From the human T2T-CHM13v2.0 reference genome, Homo sapiens: a stretch of 64,000 bases of DNA. The notes under the pieces are model-generated. The model was not told where the DNA came from. It did not search any database and saw only the letters and a program-made list of their open reading frames with translations. This document shows, one piece after another, positions 38,331-55,491 of this stretch. Every line of letters begins with the position of its first letter. Position 1 is the stretch's first letter. Location: assembly GCF_009914755.1 (NCBI RefSeq), contig NC_060936.1; one strand, 5' to 3'. The translations under genes and the position numbers were made by a program.

Positions 38331-41076
38331 CTGTTCATCACTGTGTGTCCAGTGTCTACCCTGTTCAAAAGATGTTTCATGAATAAATGAATGGAGAAGG
38401 GGTGGCCTGCATTTTTTTTCATGCTCAAAGCATGCTTGTGAGTATTGGGAGAAATGAGTGCTATTCAGGCCCTTCTCGGATTGATACAAAATTGAGTTTC
38501 CTTCCTCAATGATGAGTAATGGACTAGAATGTTTTTCAGATGGCACTAAGTCAGGTAAAGAAACATTAGAAGGTAGGATTTGAATTTAAGGAGACCTTTA
38601 ACAATTTAGAAACGAGAAGTCATTAAAAACAGAAAGATGTTTAAAATAGACAAAAATGGGCTCCATCTGGCAGAGACAAGTACTATAACAAAATAGCTGT
38701 GGGCCCTGAGTGAGCAGGAAAGTACTACAACAAATTGTAATATGAGGCGGGTGTATGTAGAGAATTATGAAACGAAAGCCTAGAGAGTAATCTTTCCACA
38801 AAACTTGGCATTGCTGAGGTTTTAATTAGAGTGGGAACTCAGATTTCATTCTCCTATTTTAAGGCTCATTTGGAGAACCTGGAAAAGATCCAGCTAGGAG
38901 AAGGAAAAAAAAAAAAAAAAGATTAACTGGGTGGAAAATGAAGTTAAGATCTAGCCCAAAAAAGAAAAGGCTAAGAAGTGACTTAATCACCAGCACCAGG
39001 CATAAGAAGAGTGATTATTACACAGAAGATTATTCCTCATCTCTTCTGAGGACTAGACAAGGGTAAACAGACTCGGGCCACATTGGAAGCATTTCCACTT
39101 AAACATCGGGAAGAATTTCTTGATTATAAGGGGAAACTTGCTGACCCCAGGCGCTGTGGGAAGCTGAGCAATTGCTACTCTGGAGATCTTTAAATGTAGG
39201 ATGACAACCATCTGCCTTGGAAGGCTTAGCTAGAGGCAAGGGACCGGACCTAAGGACCTCTTGGCTTTCCTTCCATCTTTGATTCTTACGGCCGCTAAGC
39301 ATCCCCATTCTACAGAAATCCTCCATTCCTGTCATAAGACAGACCCCACACTGTCCAAATCCGCATGGCTTCCCCTGGGAGGAGCTCAATTGTTCTCTTC
39401 TGAATGGGAAGGAAACTGATTGTGTTGCCTCAGCTGCTTCCCTTCTCCAGCCCCCACAGAGAGAGGACAGCTTTGGTCCTGATGGGCCTCCCCAAATACT
39501 GGGATGGGCCTGCTTCTCCATCTTGTGTGGGATTGGAAGATGTGGATTCAGTTGGAGATAGCCGATTTCTCCAAGAATCATGGAATGTCAGAGCTGCAAG
39601 ACATTTCAGAGCGAATCCAGACCCATCTCCTTGCTACTCAAATCAGGAAACTGAGAACTTGGAAGACCAAATGATTCTCTCCAGGTAGTGCGGCTGGTTC
39701 TTTTTCCACGGGACTAAAATCCAGGCCTCTGGCTCCTTATTCTACACTGTCTCCTTGCTACCTGTGTTTCCGCTGCAGTTAGAAGGAACATTTTAAATGT
39801 AGATAGAATGTCTAAAATCCTATCTTTGGTAGCTGGACTGCAGGTGAAAAAATGAGCAAGGGAGAGCAGAAATTCTAACAGTAGAATTTCTGGCAGCATT
39901 ATTCAACTTGAGTGAACAAGGATAGGTCACTCAGACTCTTCAGCATGTCAGTTTCCCCGTATTTAAGTGAGGCATTTGGGCCAGGAACATTTTAAGGCTT
40001 AAACAAACTGCAATATATTATGATTCTGTGATTTGAAATTTTAGCTACAAAAATAATAATGAATAGAAACTCATCTCCTGGTCTAAAGGAATGAGTTTTT
40101 TGGGAGATCATTTGTGATGTAATTAGATGGTGCTCAGTCCTTTTGAGACTCTAAAATGGCAATTTTCTTTCTATTTTTAAAGGTAATTTACAAATTTAAT
40201 ATTGTGTTGGGGAATATGCTTCAGCTATCCCCTGTACAAGGAAATCTCCAAGCCTCTTCTTCTATGCAGTCCCTTCACTGCACTTTGGACAGGCACCCTA
40301 GTGACTCATGGGAATTATTTTCTAAAAGCTCTATTATACATCAGTGTCTCTGAAACCAAAGTCAATCTTTGCCATTGACCAAAGTCAATGTCAACCAAAG
40401 TCAAGTCAACAAAGTCAAATCCTCCTCTGGACTTGCTGGTATCTGCACCATTATCTTCTTGCTTACTCAGACTCAAAATGTTACAGTCATCTTTGACTCC
40501 TTTCTACTCCTTTAACCAGGCAGGCAATATATTGCATCATGTCTTTCACTATCATAGATCTCAGGTCCTCCCACTCTTACTGCCTGCTGCTCCTGCAAAA
40601 TTTCAGGCACTCATGACTCTCCTGCTTCCAGCGTTTTCCTGCCCTTTAGATGAGCTGAAGCAAAGGGGGCAGGGAACATAGAATAATGGTTTCAGGAATG
40701 ACAAGTGGGAGTGGGCCATATTTGGGAAGCAGGCTATAGAGTGAAATAACTTGAGAGAAGCATGATACCCCAAATCTTCAGAGCTCGTGGGCAGAGGATG
40801 GGCTTCCCATGGAATGTGAAAAGGGGTTGCAGGTTATTTTATGTAGATATTGGAGAAAAGCGTGACCCAAGGAGACTGGAAAACCTGAGTGCATCTGGTT
40901 TATACATATGCTGTATCATTTACCTTTTACAACAATCCTATGAGATGGACACTGTTATCATCTTCACTTTACAGTTGAAAATATTGAGCCATAGAAAAGT
41001 TTATTTATTTGTCTCAGGCCACTCACTTATTAAATGCCCAAACCAGGATCCAAACTCAAGACTTTCTGAGCACTAA

Positions 41077-41473
<397 letters not shown>

Positions 41474-42344
41474 AACACTGCTTCTTAACTTGAGTAGAAT
41501 CTTCCTGCCTAGACAGAAGTGAATGGGAAAGCTTAGTGCATCTTAGAGTATCTTCTAAGAGAAACTTGGTGTGAAACCATGGGGAATAAAGCCCAGTACT
41601 TGACATGGGATTTTAATTCATTTACTTGATATGACATAGTGGGTGATGCAAAATAGGTACCTTTTTCTTCACCTTTTTCCACAGTGACTTTTCACTTTAG
41701 TTTGCTTGGCCTGATAAACAGAGTGAAGTGAAAAGGCATGCTCTTTGCATTTTAAAAACCCCACTACCTCAACCCCTATGATTTCAGGCTCCTTTTTAAG
41801 CTCTGCTGATTCTAATTGTCATCTCTTATGATACTGACAAGTTTATTAATTGCTTCTGTCTTGTTTGGCACCATCCAACAATAACAGGAAAAAAAGGCAA
41901 GTGAGGATAAAGACATTCTTTTGAGCAGCCGCTCATTTGCTCTAACACATCTGGCTAATGGATAGAGTATAAAATTGCTCAAGAAATATGGCCGCCAGGA
42001 ACTTTGTTAATGTTTTTGTGCCCAAGTTGATATAAACTGTGGAGCTGAGCCAGTCTTATATGCAGAAAGAATGGTAAAAATAAATGTTGACTAAGTATCT
42101 ACCATATATGCCAGGCACTGTGCTAGGCACCACTGGTTATCTTATATCATCCTACAGGAACCTAATAGGGAGGTGTTATTGCTGTTTTTGATAGCATGGA
42201 AAATGGCTCAGAGATCACAAAGCTCATTAAGTGATGCTAATAGGACTGGCATCTAGATCTGGCTGACACTAGATCAACCTTTCATTTTGTAGTGTCTTGA
42301 TTTGGGGCACTCAAGTGGTAGAACGTAAGGAGCTCAGGGATAGC

Positions 42345-42830
42345 GTCTTTGGCAGAGATTCCTAGTAATTTCCCAATAGCTATTTTCCCTCTTTCTGCAG
42401 TAATAGAAACCCTAATTTTCAGCTAACTGTATTTTCCAGCCTAACTTAGAACTCTGTGTGGCTATGTGTTCAAGTTCTAGGAAATGAAATATAAGTGAAA
42501 GTGTCACATGAAAGCTTCTGGGATCCTTCATTAAAAGACAACCAAAATGCATCCTTTGCTTTTTCTATCTTCCTATTGGCTAGAGCATGGGTATAATGTT
42601 GAACCTCCAGCAGCCATCTTGGCCCCTGCAGATGAGGGCCACCATGCTGGGATGGTGAAATAGAAATCTAGAAATTGCTGGGTCTTGAAGATTTTGTGGC
42701 ATAGAGCTACTTTGCACAGCAGATGGTTCAGCAGCCCTGAACTATGTATCTTGGGACTACTACATAAGAGAAACAAACTTCCATATTGTTTAAGCCAGTG
42801 TAATCCTGGAACTCTGTTTCTCACAGAGTA
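42345..42830 (+). mobile_element. Old MLT1 (MLT1I/J-like) LTR
   Basis: cagcagccatcttggccc...gagaaacaaacttccatattgtttaagccagtg. Confidence 0.65.
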
Positions 42831-43034
42831 TTTTCATGATAACCTCCTCTTGAATGAACAAAACAACAGATCACTGGCTGGCTACTAATGCCTCCAATGT
42901 CTCCATTATGGCTTTGTTCATTGAATTAAGATATATTTACACAGAGTTTCTGGAAAGGAAGGTAACAGATCACTGAGAGTACATAACTGAAGCAACAGTA
43001 GGCAAAAAACAGGCAACCTTGAGGTGCCTGTAAC

Positions 43035-43362
<328 letters not shown>

Positions 43363-44198
43363 TAATTCTGTGGCAGGCATTGGTGCTGCTATTGGGTGTG
43401 AGGAGTCAAGAGGGAGGGGGCAGAGTGAGGTCCTCTCTGCTCTTGACAATATGGAAAAAAGACACCCAATTTCCTTTTTTTTTTTTCTACCTAACAGTTT
43501 TGTCCAGGGCAGTTCTTTTCTAGGAAATGTACCCCATATCTGTAATTACACAGAGCAAAAGTTCAGATTACATCAATTTGGGATTAACGGTAATGATGAC
43601 ACCTTTGTATTGACAATACTAGACTGCAACAGGAGAGTTAGGATCAGGAAATGAAAGCATTCTCCCAATACCACCTCAACTTCATGGGCAAAAAGGGGGC
43701 ACCCTCCATGAGCAGTCAGTCATTGATGTATTTACGCGTAAGTTCATTCAACAAAGTTATTTACTGTCTACTATGTGCCAGGAATACTCTTTATAGATTA
43801 AATATTAAGAAAATATTAAGGACATTTTAAATTTATGATGACAAAATCATATCTCATCTAGTCTTCTTGCAGAACTAAGCTCAAGTCAATTTAAAAACAA
43901 CTACTTTAAAAGCAAGCAAAACAATTGGTTACCTGCTACATTGAAAGCACTGCCCTAAGTGCTGCGTAGTATGTGAAAATGAATAGGCAAGGCAAAGTTG
44001 CAACCTTCAAGGAATTTGGGACCCAGTAAGGAGATGCGTTAACTCATAAATAACTATGATATAAAGCAGAATATACTTGATTGCCTCAGGTGGTACAAGA
44101 TACAAGGACCGTGCAGAGGACAAATTTTGCTGAGTCACTGAGAGGTGGCCTCCACTCAAGAGCCAAATGACCATCTCATAAATTGGTATGATACCCCA

Positions 44199-46940
<2,742 letters not shown>

Positions 46941-48772
46941 CCATATGCAGAAAATTGAAACTGGACCGCTTCCTTACATCTTATACAAAAATTAACTCAA
47001 GATGGATTAAAGACTTTAATGTAAGACCTAAAACCATAAAAACTCTAGAAGAAAACCTAGGCAATACCATTCAGGACATAGGCATGGACAAACACTTCCT
47101 GACTAAAACACCAATAGCAATGGCAAGAAAAGCCAAAACTGACAAATGGGATGTAATTGAACTAAAGAGCTTCTGCACAGCAAAAGAAACTATCATCAGA
47201 GTGAACAGGCAACCTACAGAATGGGAGAAAATTTTTTCAATCTATCCATCTGACAAAGGGTAATATCCAAAATCTATAAGGAACTTAAACAAATTTACAA
47301 AAAAAAAAAATCTCATGGGACTGTAAACTAGTTCAACCATTGTGGAAGTCAGTGTGGCGATTCCTCAGGGATCTAGAACTAGAAATACCATTTGACCCAG
47401 CCATCCCATTACTGGGTATATACCCAAAGGACTATAAATCATGCTGCTATAAAGACACATGCACACGTATGTTTATTGCGGCACTATTCACAATAGCAAA
47501 GACTTGGAACCAACCCAAATGTCCAACAATGATAGACTGGATTAAGAAAATGTGGCACACATACACCATGGAATACTATGCAGCCATAAAAAATGATGAG
47601 TTCATGTCCTTTGTAGGGACATGGATGAAATTGGAAACCATCATTCTCAGTAAACTATCGCAAGAACAAAAAACCAAACACCGCATATTCTGACTCATAG
47701 GTGGGAATTGAACAATGAGATCACATGGACACAGGAAGGGGAATATCACACTCTGGGGACTGTGGTGGGGTGGGGGGAGGGGGGAGGGATAGCATTGGGA
47801 GATATACCTAATGCTAGATGACACATTAGTGGGTGCAGCGTACCAGCATGGCACATGTATACATATGTAACTAACTTGCACAATGTGCACATGTACCCTA
47901 AAACTTAGAGTATAATAAAAAAAAAAAAAAAAAAAAAATCTCATCAGAAAGTGGGCAAAGGGTATGAACAGACACTTCTCAAAAGAAGACGTATATGCAG
48001 CCATCGGACATGAAAAAAAAGCTCATCATCACTGGTCATTAGAGAAATGCAAATCAAAACCACAATGAGATACCATCTCATGCCAGTTAGAATGGTGATC
48101 ATTAAAAAGTCAGGAAACAACAGATGCTGGAGAGGATGTGGAGAAATAGAAATGCTTTTTCACTGTTGGTGAGAGTGTAAATTAGTTCAACCATTGTGGA
48201 AGACGGTGTGGCGATTTCTCAAGGATCTAGAACCAGAAATACCATTTGACCCAGCAATCCCATTACTGGGTATATACCCAAAGGATTATAAATTATTCTA
48301 CTATAAAGACACATGCACATATATGTTTATTGCAGCACTATTCACAATAGGAAAGACTTGGAACCAACCCAAATGCCCATCAGTGATAGACTGGAAGAAG
48401 AAAATGTGGCACATATACACCATAGAATACTATGCAGCCATGAAAAGGGATGAATTCGTGTTCCTTGAAGGGACATGGATGAAGCTGAAAACCATTCTCA
48501 GCAAACTAACACAGGAACGGAAAACCAAACACCACATTTTCTCACTCATAAGTGTGAGTTGAACAATGAGAACACATGGACACAGGGAGGGGAACATCAC
48601 ACAGTGGGGCCAGTCGGGGGGTGGGGGCAAGGGAAGGGATAGCATTAAGAGAAATACCTAATGTAGGTGACGGCTTGATGGGTGCAGTAAACCACAATGG
48701 CACATGTATAGCTATGTAAGAAACCTGCACATTCTGCACGTTTCCCAGAACTTAAAGTATAATAATAATGAA
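46941..48772 (+). mobile_element. Same L1PA6/7-like element, forward 3' segment (interrupted by L1HS)
   Basis: Resumes ORF2 at ccatatgcagaaaattgaaactgg; 3' UTR and tail end at the right TSD aaattggtatgatacccca 48773-48791. Confidence 0.95.
47317..47938 (+). mobile_element. L1HS-Ta 3' fragment (~0.6 kb) nested in the older L1
   Basis: Diagnostic ACA at 47823-47825 (gatgacACAttagt) and G at 47908 (cttaGag); A22 tail; TSD (A)n-tctcat ending at 47316 and 47944. Confidence 0.92.
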
Positions 48773-48859
48773 AAATTGGTATGATACCCCATTGCTACGG
48801 TTTTCTGTTTGCAGAACAGGAAGGCAGTAAAGTTATTTGTTCCCCATCCCGCCCCCCAA

Positions 48860-48941
48860 CTAGAGGAATGTCAGCACAGGCCTCTCTCAGGATGTCAGAG
48901 AAGGGACATCCTGAGAGAGGCCTGTGCTGACATTCCTCTAG
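48860..48941. repeat. Perfect 37-bp inverted repeat with 8-nt spacer
   Basis: ctagaggaatgtcagcacaggcctctctcaggatgtc-agagaagg-gacatcctgagagaggcctgtgctgacattcctctag; arms checked base by base. Confidence 0.97.
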
Positions 48942-50982
48942 GGTTGAATCCTAACCCCTTCTCTGTGGAGGGATTTTATGAATTCAAGGTCTTTTACAGC
49001 CCTATAATTCGATGGTTCTTCTACCTCTATTCTTGACACAAACTCTTGCCCTCTGGATCACCTGGGCTTTCTAAGCCTTGTCATATTATATTCACTTGGC
49101 AGAAGTGAAGCACAAATGTGCGTAGGTAGAGAGGCCTCCAAAGAACACCGGGCTCACGGATTCTCCTTTCGTCTCATCCAGTAGCATAGAGAGAGGGCGA
49201 GTTCTCAAGAAGTGCTCAGACATGTTAAACGTGAGGTTACGAGATGAAGACTTCAAAAGTGTTTTATTAAAGTGATGGACTCTTCCGAATGGAGAAAATC
49301 CATCCTGAGTATATCTGTTTTAGAGGAGTGACTTTTCATATAGTAGATTTTCTACAGGGGAAGTGCTTTCTTCCCAGGGTTTTTATATTATTCCCCTGTC
49401 ATTCTTTTTCTTTTTCCTCACTAAATTTCATGCTCTCCTTGCCCAGTTCACTTATTTGCTGCTCAAAGCTAAAAATCTCCCTACTTTTATGCGACTCTCC
49501 TAGAAATTGCTCCATGACAAAGAGTAAGAGAGTAGCATAAAGAGCTAAATGAACTATTTTGGATGTGACAGGAATTGTATTTGCCTTTTGGCGCTGCTTT
49601 CCACTTTCTTTGTGAAGCATCTCTTGCTCCGATGGCCCCAGCAGCTCTCTGCCACGAATGGAAACAGCCATCGTACACTACTCCACTTGGAGACAAATGG
49701 ATGCCCAATTGCTCTGGGACTAAATTCGACTTGATAAAATGCTGCATTTCCAGATTTTTCAATCTCTTCTTCGCCTTCCATCTGAAGGCTAAGGCCTTCA
49801 TCATCTAATCTGGAGATGATTATTATTACTCTTTCTGTGTTGGCAAATACAGATACAGGGCACATTTGCCTTTCTTTCAAACTCATTTGGGAGACTTAAA
49901 TAAGTTCTCTTGCTACATTTAATTTCATTTTCTCAATATCTACATGCTGTTTGTCAATACAATAATATACTTCCATCTCTGTCTCTAGTTTTAAATCATT
50001 CTTTCCAATTTGAATAAGATTTCAATAATACTTTGGGCGGGTTTTCAGAGGAAGGATCTTGGGTCATTTCTCCTAAACCTCTGTTAATTGAAGATAGGAT
50101 TTGGGATCTAGGAATGCAGAGTCACAGAGGTTCAGCCTTGAAGAAGCTTTAAAAGATCTTTATAGTAGATTAGTTATAGTTGCTTAGTCTGTTAACCTGT
50201 TATAGTAGGTTAGTCTGATGGTGTCAGTGGATAACAAGGAGAAAGATTTTGGAAAACCAGAAAGGCTACTGGTAAGAAAATAAGCAGGTGTCAAAACATA
50301 CACTCTAAAGTTATATCAAGTGAGTCACAGTTTCATATACAGAATTTCAAGAATGGTTCTGCACACCTAGTGTAGCTTTTCTATTCTTAGGACTCTTCTA
50401 CGTAGACCAATTGACTCCTGGATAGGAATTAAGTTCATCAATGAAGTTTTTATCAAAACCTGTAACTCTTTGATGCATTTGATCTTCAAGGATAAGAGAG
50501 TATTGCTCTCCTTTCTGTAGATAATTTCAGTATATCTCAAACAAATAATGTGAGAATTACTGAGCGCATTTTATTGCTCTCTATTTCATTTGTTTACGCA
50601 GAGTAAGTAATGAACTTCCAGGAAGCCAGAACTTCTAGAAGCTCAAGATCAAGGTGCTAAGATGTAGGCCTGTGGACAGTGAGGCTTTCTTGCCACAACA
50701 AATCTAATACCAGTTTTTGTAACAGTGGGTGTGTAACAATGCATGCTGTAGATGATGAAAAGAAGAGAAAGTGAAAAGAAGATGGGAGATCGATGAGAAA
50801 GATATTCCAACCATTGGGAAGGAAAGAAAACTTGAGGAATATACTGTATAGCTCACCGCTCAGATGATTCCAGTGCACAGGGATCTCTCCCTTCCTTGCT
50901 ATTGTTTGGCACTGGCCATGTTCACCTTTCTGGCTAACCTCTAAGCATCTGAGGCAGGAACCCTGTCAGTTTGGTTCAGTGT

Positions 50983-51658
<676 letters not shown>

Positions 51659-52974
51659 AATGTCATATCCCTAGCATCTGTTATAGAGCCTGTCATAAAA
51701 TAGATGCTCAGTAAATATTTGCACACTAATCAATCATATTTTAGCACTGAACTTTGCAGATCTGTAACACTCAATCTGTGTTAGGGGGGTCTTGCCAATT
51801 ACAAAACTGTAGGCCATTCAGCATGCTTATTTGACATCCTTCCAGAAGGCATGGTGCTCCTCTTGCTGTGATTATTGACCCTCTGAGTTTGAAGATAACT
51901 AATGAAGACATTGGAAGTGTACTTTTTAAAAAGATAAGACATTCTCTTCTTGTTGGCTAACTGCACCTATGGGAAAAAGAAGTCTTCTGAGCCAGAAAGA
52001 GCTGGGTCAAAGAGGAGCGCTTGGGCTGGAATCTGCCAGAGAAACTTGGACCTTTGAGACATCTGAGCAGCAAAGCAATTTAAGGACATGGGCCCTAAAA
52101 AGAAAACAGCACCTGCTTTGCTGAGCAGCCTTGTCTGGAAATTGCTGGGTTAGCAACACGTTGCACCCTGTGAAAACTTGTGACTTCAATATGAGAAAAA
52201 AAAAGGCTTTAATTAAATTGGGTGTTTTTGAATCTTCCTCAGGGAGTTAGGATTTGGGGGTCGAGAAGCTGAGAACTTTATCAGAATGAAAGGAGTCTTC
52301 TCAGAAATCCTGGAACCCCACAGTTCTTAGTGAGATACATCATTCATGTGTGGCTGTGCTTTTGCCTTTAGAAGCACTGCTGCCATTAGCATTCTTTTAC
52401 AGTCAAGCAAGGCTAAAGCTGGAATAATGTGTTAGGTGTGTGGCCTAGGAGGGTCTACATTGTGCTTTTCCAAAGTGTTTTTTATAGGATGTAGGTTTTC
52501 AGGAGTGGGAGAGTTCCCTATAGGGCTTGGCATTTGTTTGTTTGTTTTGCTTTGTTTTGAATTTGGAAAGATGATCTTAAAGAGGTATGGTAGGATTAGG
52601 AAACTTTTCTTCAGGCCTCAGTTAGTGGCCTCCGGTATTCAATTATACTCAGGCAATGTTAATTGAGCACTTTCTACATGCAAATCACTGTCCCAGATTC
52701 TGAGGACATACAGAGGAATATGATGCCAATTCTTGTCTGAAGAAGTTCACAGATGAACACATTCTTAACTCTAATATAAGTAAGGTTGGGAAAATTACTG
52801 TATGTACAAAAAAAGAGAGGCCTCTAACAGGGAAAGATAAGTTTCTCTTATGATGAAGTTGGAAGAGGCATTGCTAGGAAAGAGATGAGTTTGGCCTTAA
52901 AAGTTACTCAGCATTTCCATGGCTAGGGATGTGGGGATGGAAGAAGAAGCAAAGAATAAATGTATGCTCTATAG

Positions 52975-53235
52975 AGCATGCTGTCAAGGTTGTCAGGTAC
53001 CATGCGTGCTTGAGTAGGCTGCCTGAGTTAAAACCCTGGATTCGTTGCACTTAGAATCTATGTGCCTTTAATCACATTCTGTACTTCTCTGTGTCTCAGT
53101 GTCCTCACTTGTAAAGTGAAGATAATGATAGTACCTATTTCACAGAGTTGTTTGGTGATTCAGTGAGTTAATACATGTAAGTGCTTAAAACAGTGTCATG
53201 CATATAAGAGCTTGGAAAGTGCTAGCTATTATAAT
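52975..53235 (+). mobile_element. MIR
   Basis: ttctctgtgtctcagtgtcctcacttgtaaagtgaagataatgatagtacctatttcacagagttg...taagtgcttaaaacagtg. Confidence 0.75.
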
Positions 53236-55445
53236 TCTTCAATATAGATGTGCCAACCTATCTTTCTGGGCTTATCTTGCACTGCTCTGCACTAGCCTAA
53301 CACCCAAACAACTGGCTGGATGTCTCATGCACCTGCAAACATACTCCTTACTTTGCTGTCTATGTGCTCTTCTATTGAGTTAGTTTCTGTGTCCAGAATT
53401 TTTCCATCTATCAAAATCCTCCCTGTACAAGGCCTACCTTAAACACATGATGTGACTTCCAGAGAAACATGAGTACTCTCACAGCACTTCACAGGCATCA
53501 TGGCAAGGTTTTGGAAGCTCTTCCCTTCTGAAGCTTGCCATTAACCATGGCTACTACCAACCCTCCAGAGTAACTCATGAGGTCTAGGGAATGAGAGGGT
53601 TTTCTCTTCCTACTCCCTAGAAGGAAGTACATGCCCCATGGGGAAGGAAAGATTCATCTTTCTGCTATTCCTAGATTTCCCTGAAAGATAACAGCAATAC
53701 AGAGGAACAAGATAAACATTAACATCTGATGGCCACCTGCATGTGCCAATGTTTGTCTTAGCTGAGTCTGAAGGCCATTGCCACCTTTGCGAATAAGCCA
53801 GGGCATGACACTCTCCATGAAGCTCCCAAGAATATTTAGGCCAGCCTATTTAAGAATGGAAAAGGGCCTTATTTCCTCAATTTTGAAAATTGTTCATAGA
53901 TTGAGCCAGTAGAGTTATCCAATGTGGATGTAAGATTCGCCATGAAGGGGTCAATTGAGTCAGAGGCAAATGTTTGCTGCAGATCCAGGCTGTTGGATAG
54001 AGCCCCAAATATTTGGGAATGCAGGGATGAGAGGGAAGAAGAAGGCTTTCCTATTTGCTGTTTACCTATCAGTCTGGGGACAAATTGGTGATTTCAGGCT
54101 CATGCCTCTATATCACAATGCGTTAGTGTCCACCATTAATGTGGTGCTTGGCAGAGAGGTTCAGGGCTGAACACACAAGGGCCAGAGCTGCTTTTCCACA
54201 TCAGCTCTCTCAAGCCTGGAGAATCTTGGCTGGAAGTGTGGGGGAAGGGAAAGGGAAGAAGGGAGGACATGGCCCCAGCCACCCACCGTGCCATTCCTGG
54301 GTTTTGATTAAAGAGGAAAATATTGGCTCTGACATTCTCGATTTGCAAGATCCAAATGTATTTTGACTTTTTAGAAGAACTAAGGGTTCAGGTTTCACAA
54401 GAATGATCCTGCCTAGAACTTCTGACTCAAACTTAAAGCTGTTTGGCTTCTCAATAGTTGAATGCACAGCAAGTGCAGTTAACAAAGTGACATTGCTATG
54501 GCTGCAAGTTGCACAACAGCATAATGTCAGCCTTCTGATGAGAGCTGGGCTGTTGAGCAATGCCACTTGGAAGAGAGAGGTCACACACAGAAACAGTTCT
54601 AAGAATGTTATATCTTTATAAATATTCAATATATTTCTTTATGAGTTAGAACCCAGACTTTCCAAACCTCTGATTCATGTTTTTCCAGAAATCTCAGGTC
54701 AGGCAGTACATTTTCAGTTGACAAGTTAAGTTCATTTTGAAATATCTCACAGCGAAACCAGAATAGGGCATTTCAAGTGGGGGAGGAGTTCCACACAGAG
54801 GTCTCCACTCATTGCATCTACCCTCTCTTCCAGTCTCTACCTGCACCCCTTTCCTTAATGCTTAGTTTGCAGTAGCTGAAATCAAAAGCCTCCATGAGGC
54901 AAGTTGGGCAGACTCAGGCAAAATTCCCCATCCTGTCATCCTAGCAGGGAAGAGACCAGCATTCTAGTATGTCCAGTAGAGGACTGAGGCACCCTGCAAT
55001 CTCTCCTCCCAGGTTGAACCTGGCAGTCAGCTTGGATGGGAAGTTGCCATTTCTCTCTCTGGCCCTGGGAAGAGACAAGTCATGAACACAATCAAGGACA
55101 AGAAGTTGGTTAACCATATGTAAAGAGTTGGGATCCCATTGGATATCGCTTCCTGGAGAATGAAAAAATATGGCTCCATATCAGGCAGGTGCTCAGCAGC
55201 GATGGCTTATGGCCCTTCCTCTACTGATCTTTTCCTTTATCTCTTTGGTCATTATGCTCAGTGTTAATATGGGTTGCTAAGGAACCATATGTACATGGTA
55301 ATTTGGTAAAACATCTCCCTCACAGAAAGCAGAATTTTGGAGGAGGGCGTAGTGGCCATCTTAGGAGCATCTGAGGAGAAAGTTTTGCCCCCTTTTAAAT
55401 TCCTAACACGGACATTCAACTTATTCAATTTTTTCCATTTAAAAA

Positions 55446-55447
<2 letters not shown>

Positions 55448-55489
<42 letters not shown>
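55448..55489. repeat. (GT)21
   Basis: Direct count. Confidence 0.95.
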
Positions 55490-55491
<2 letters not shown>

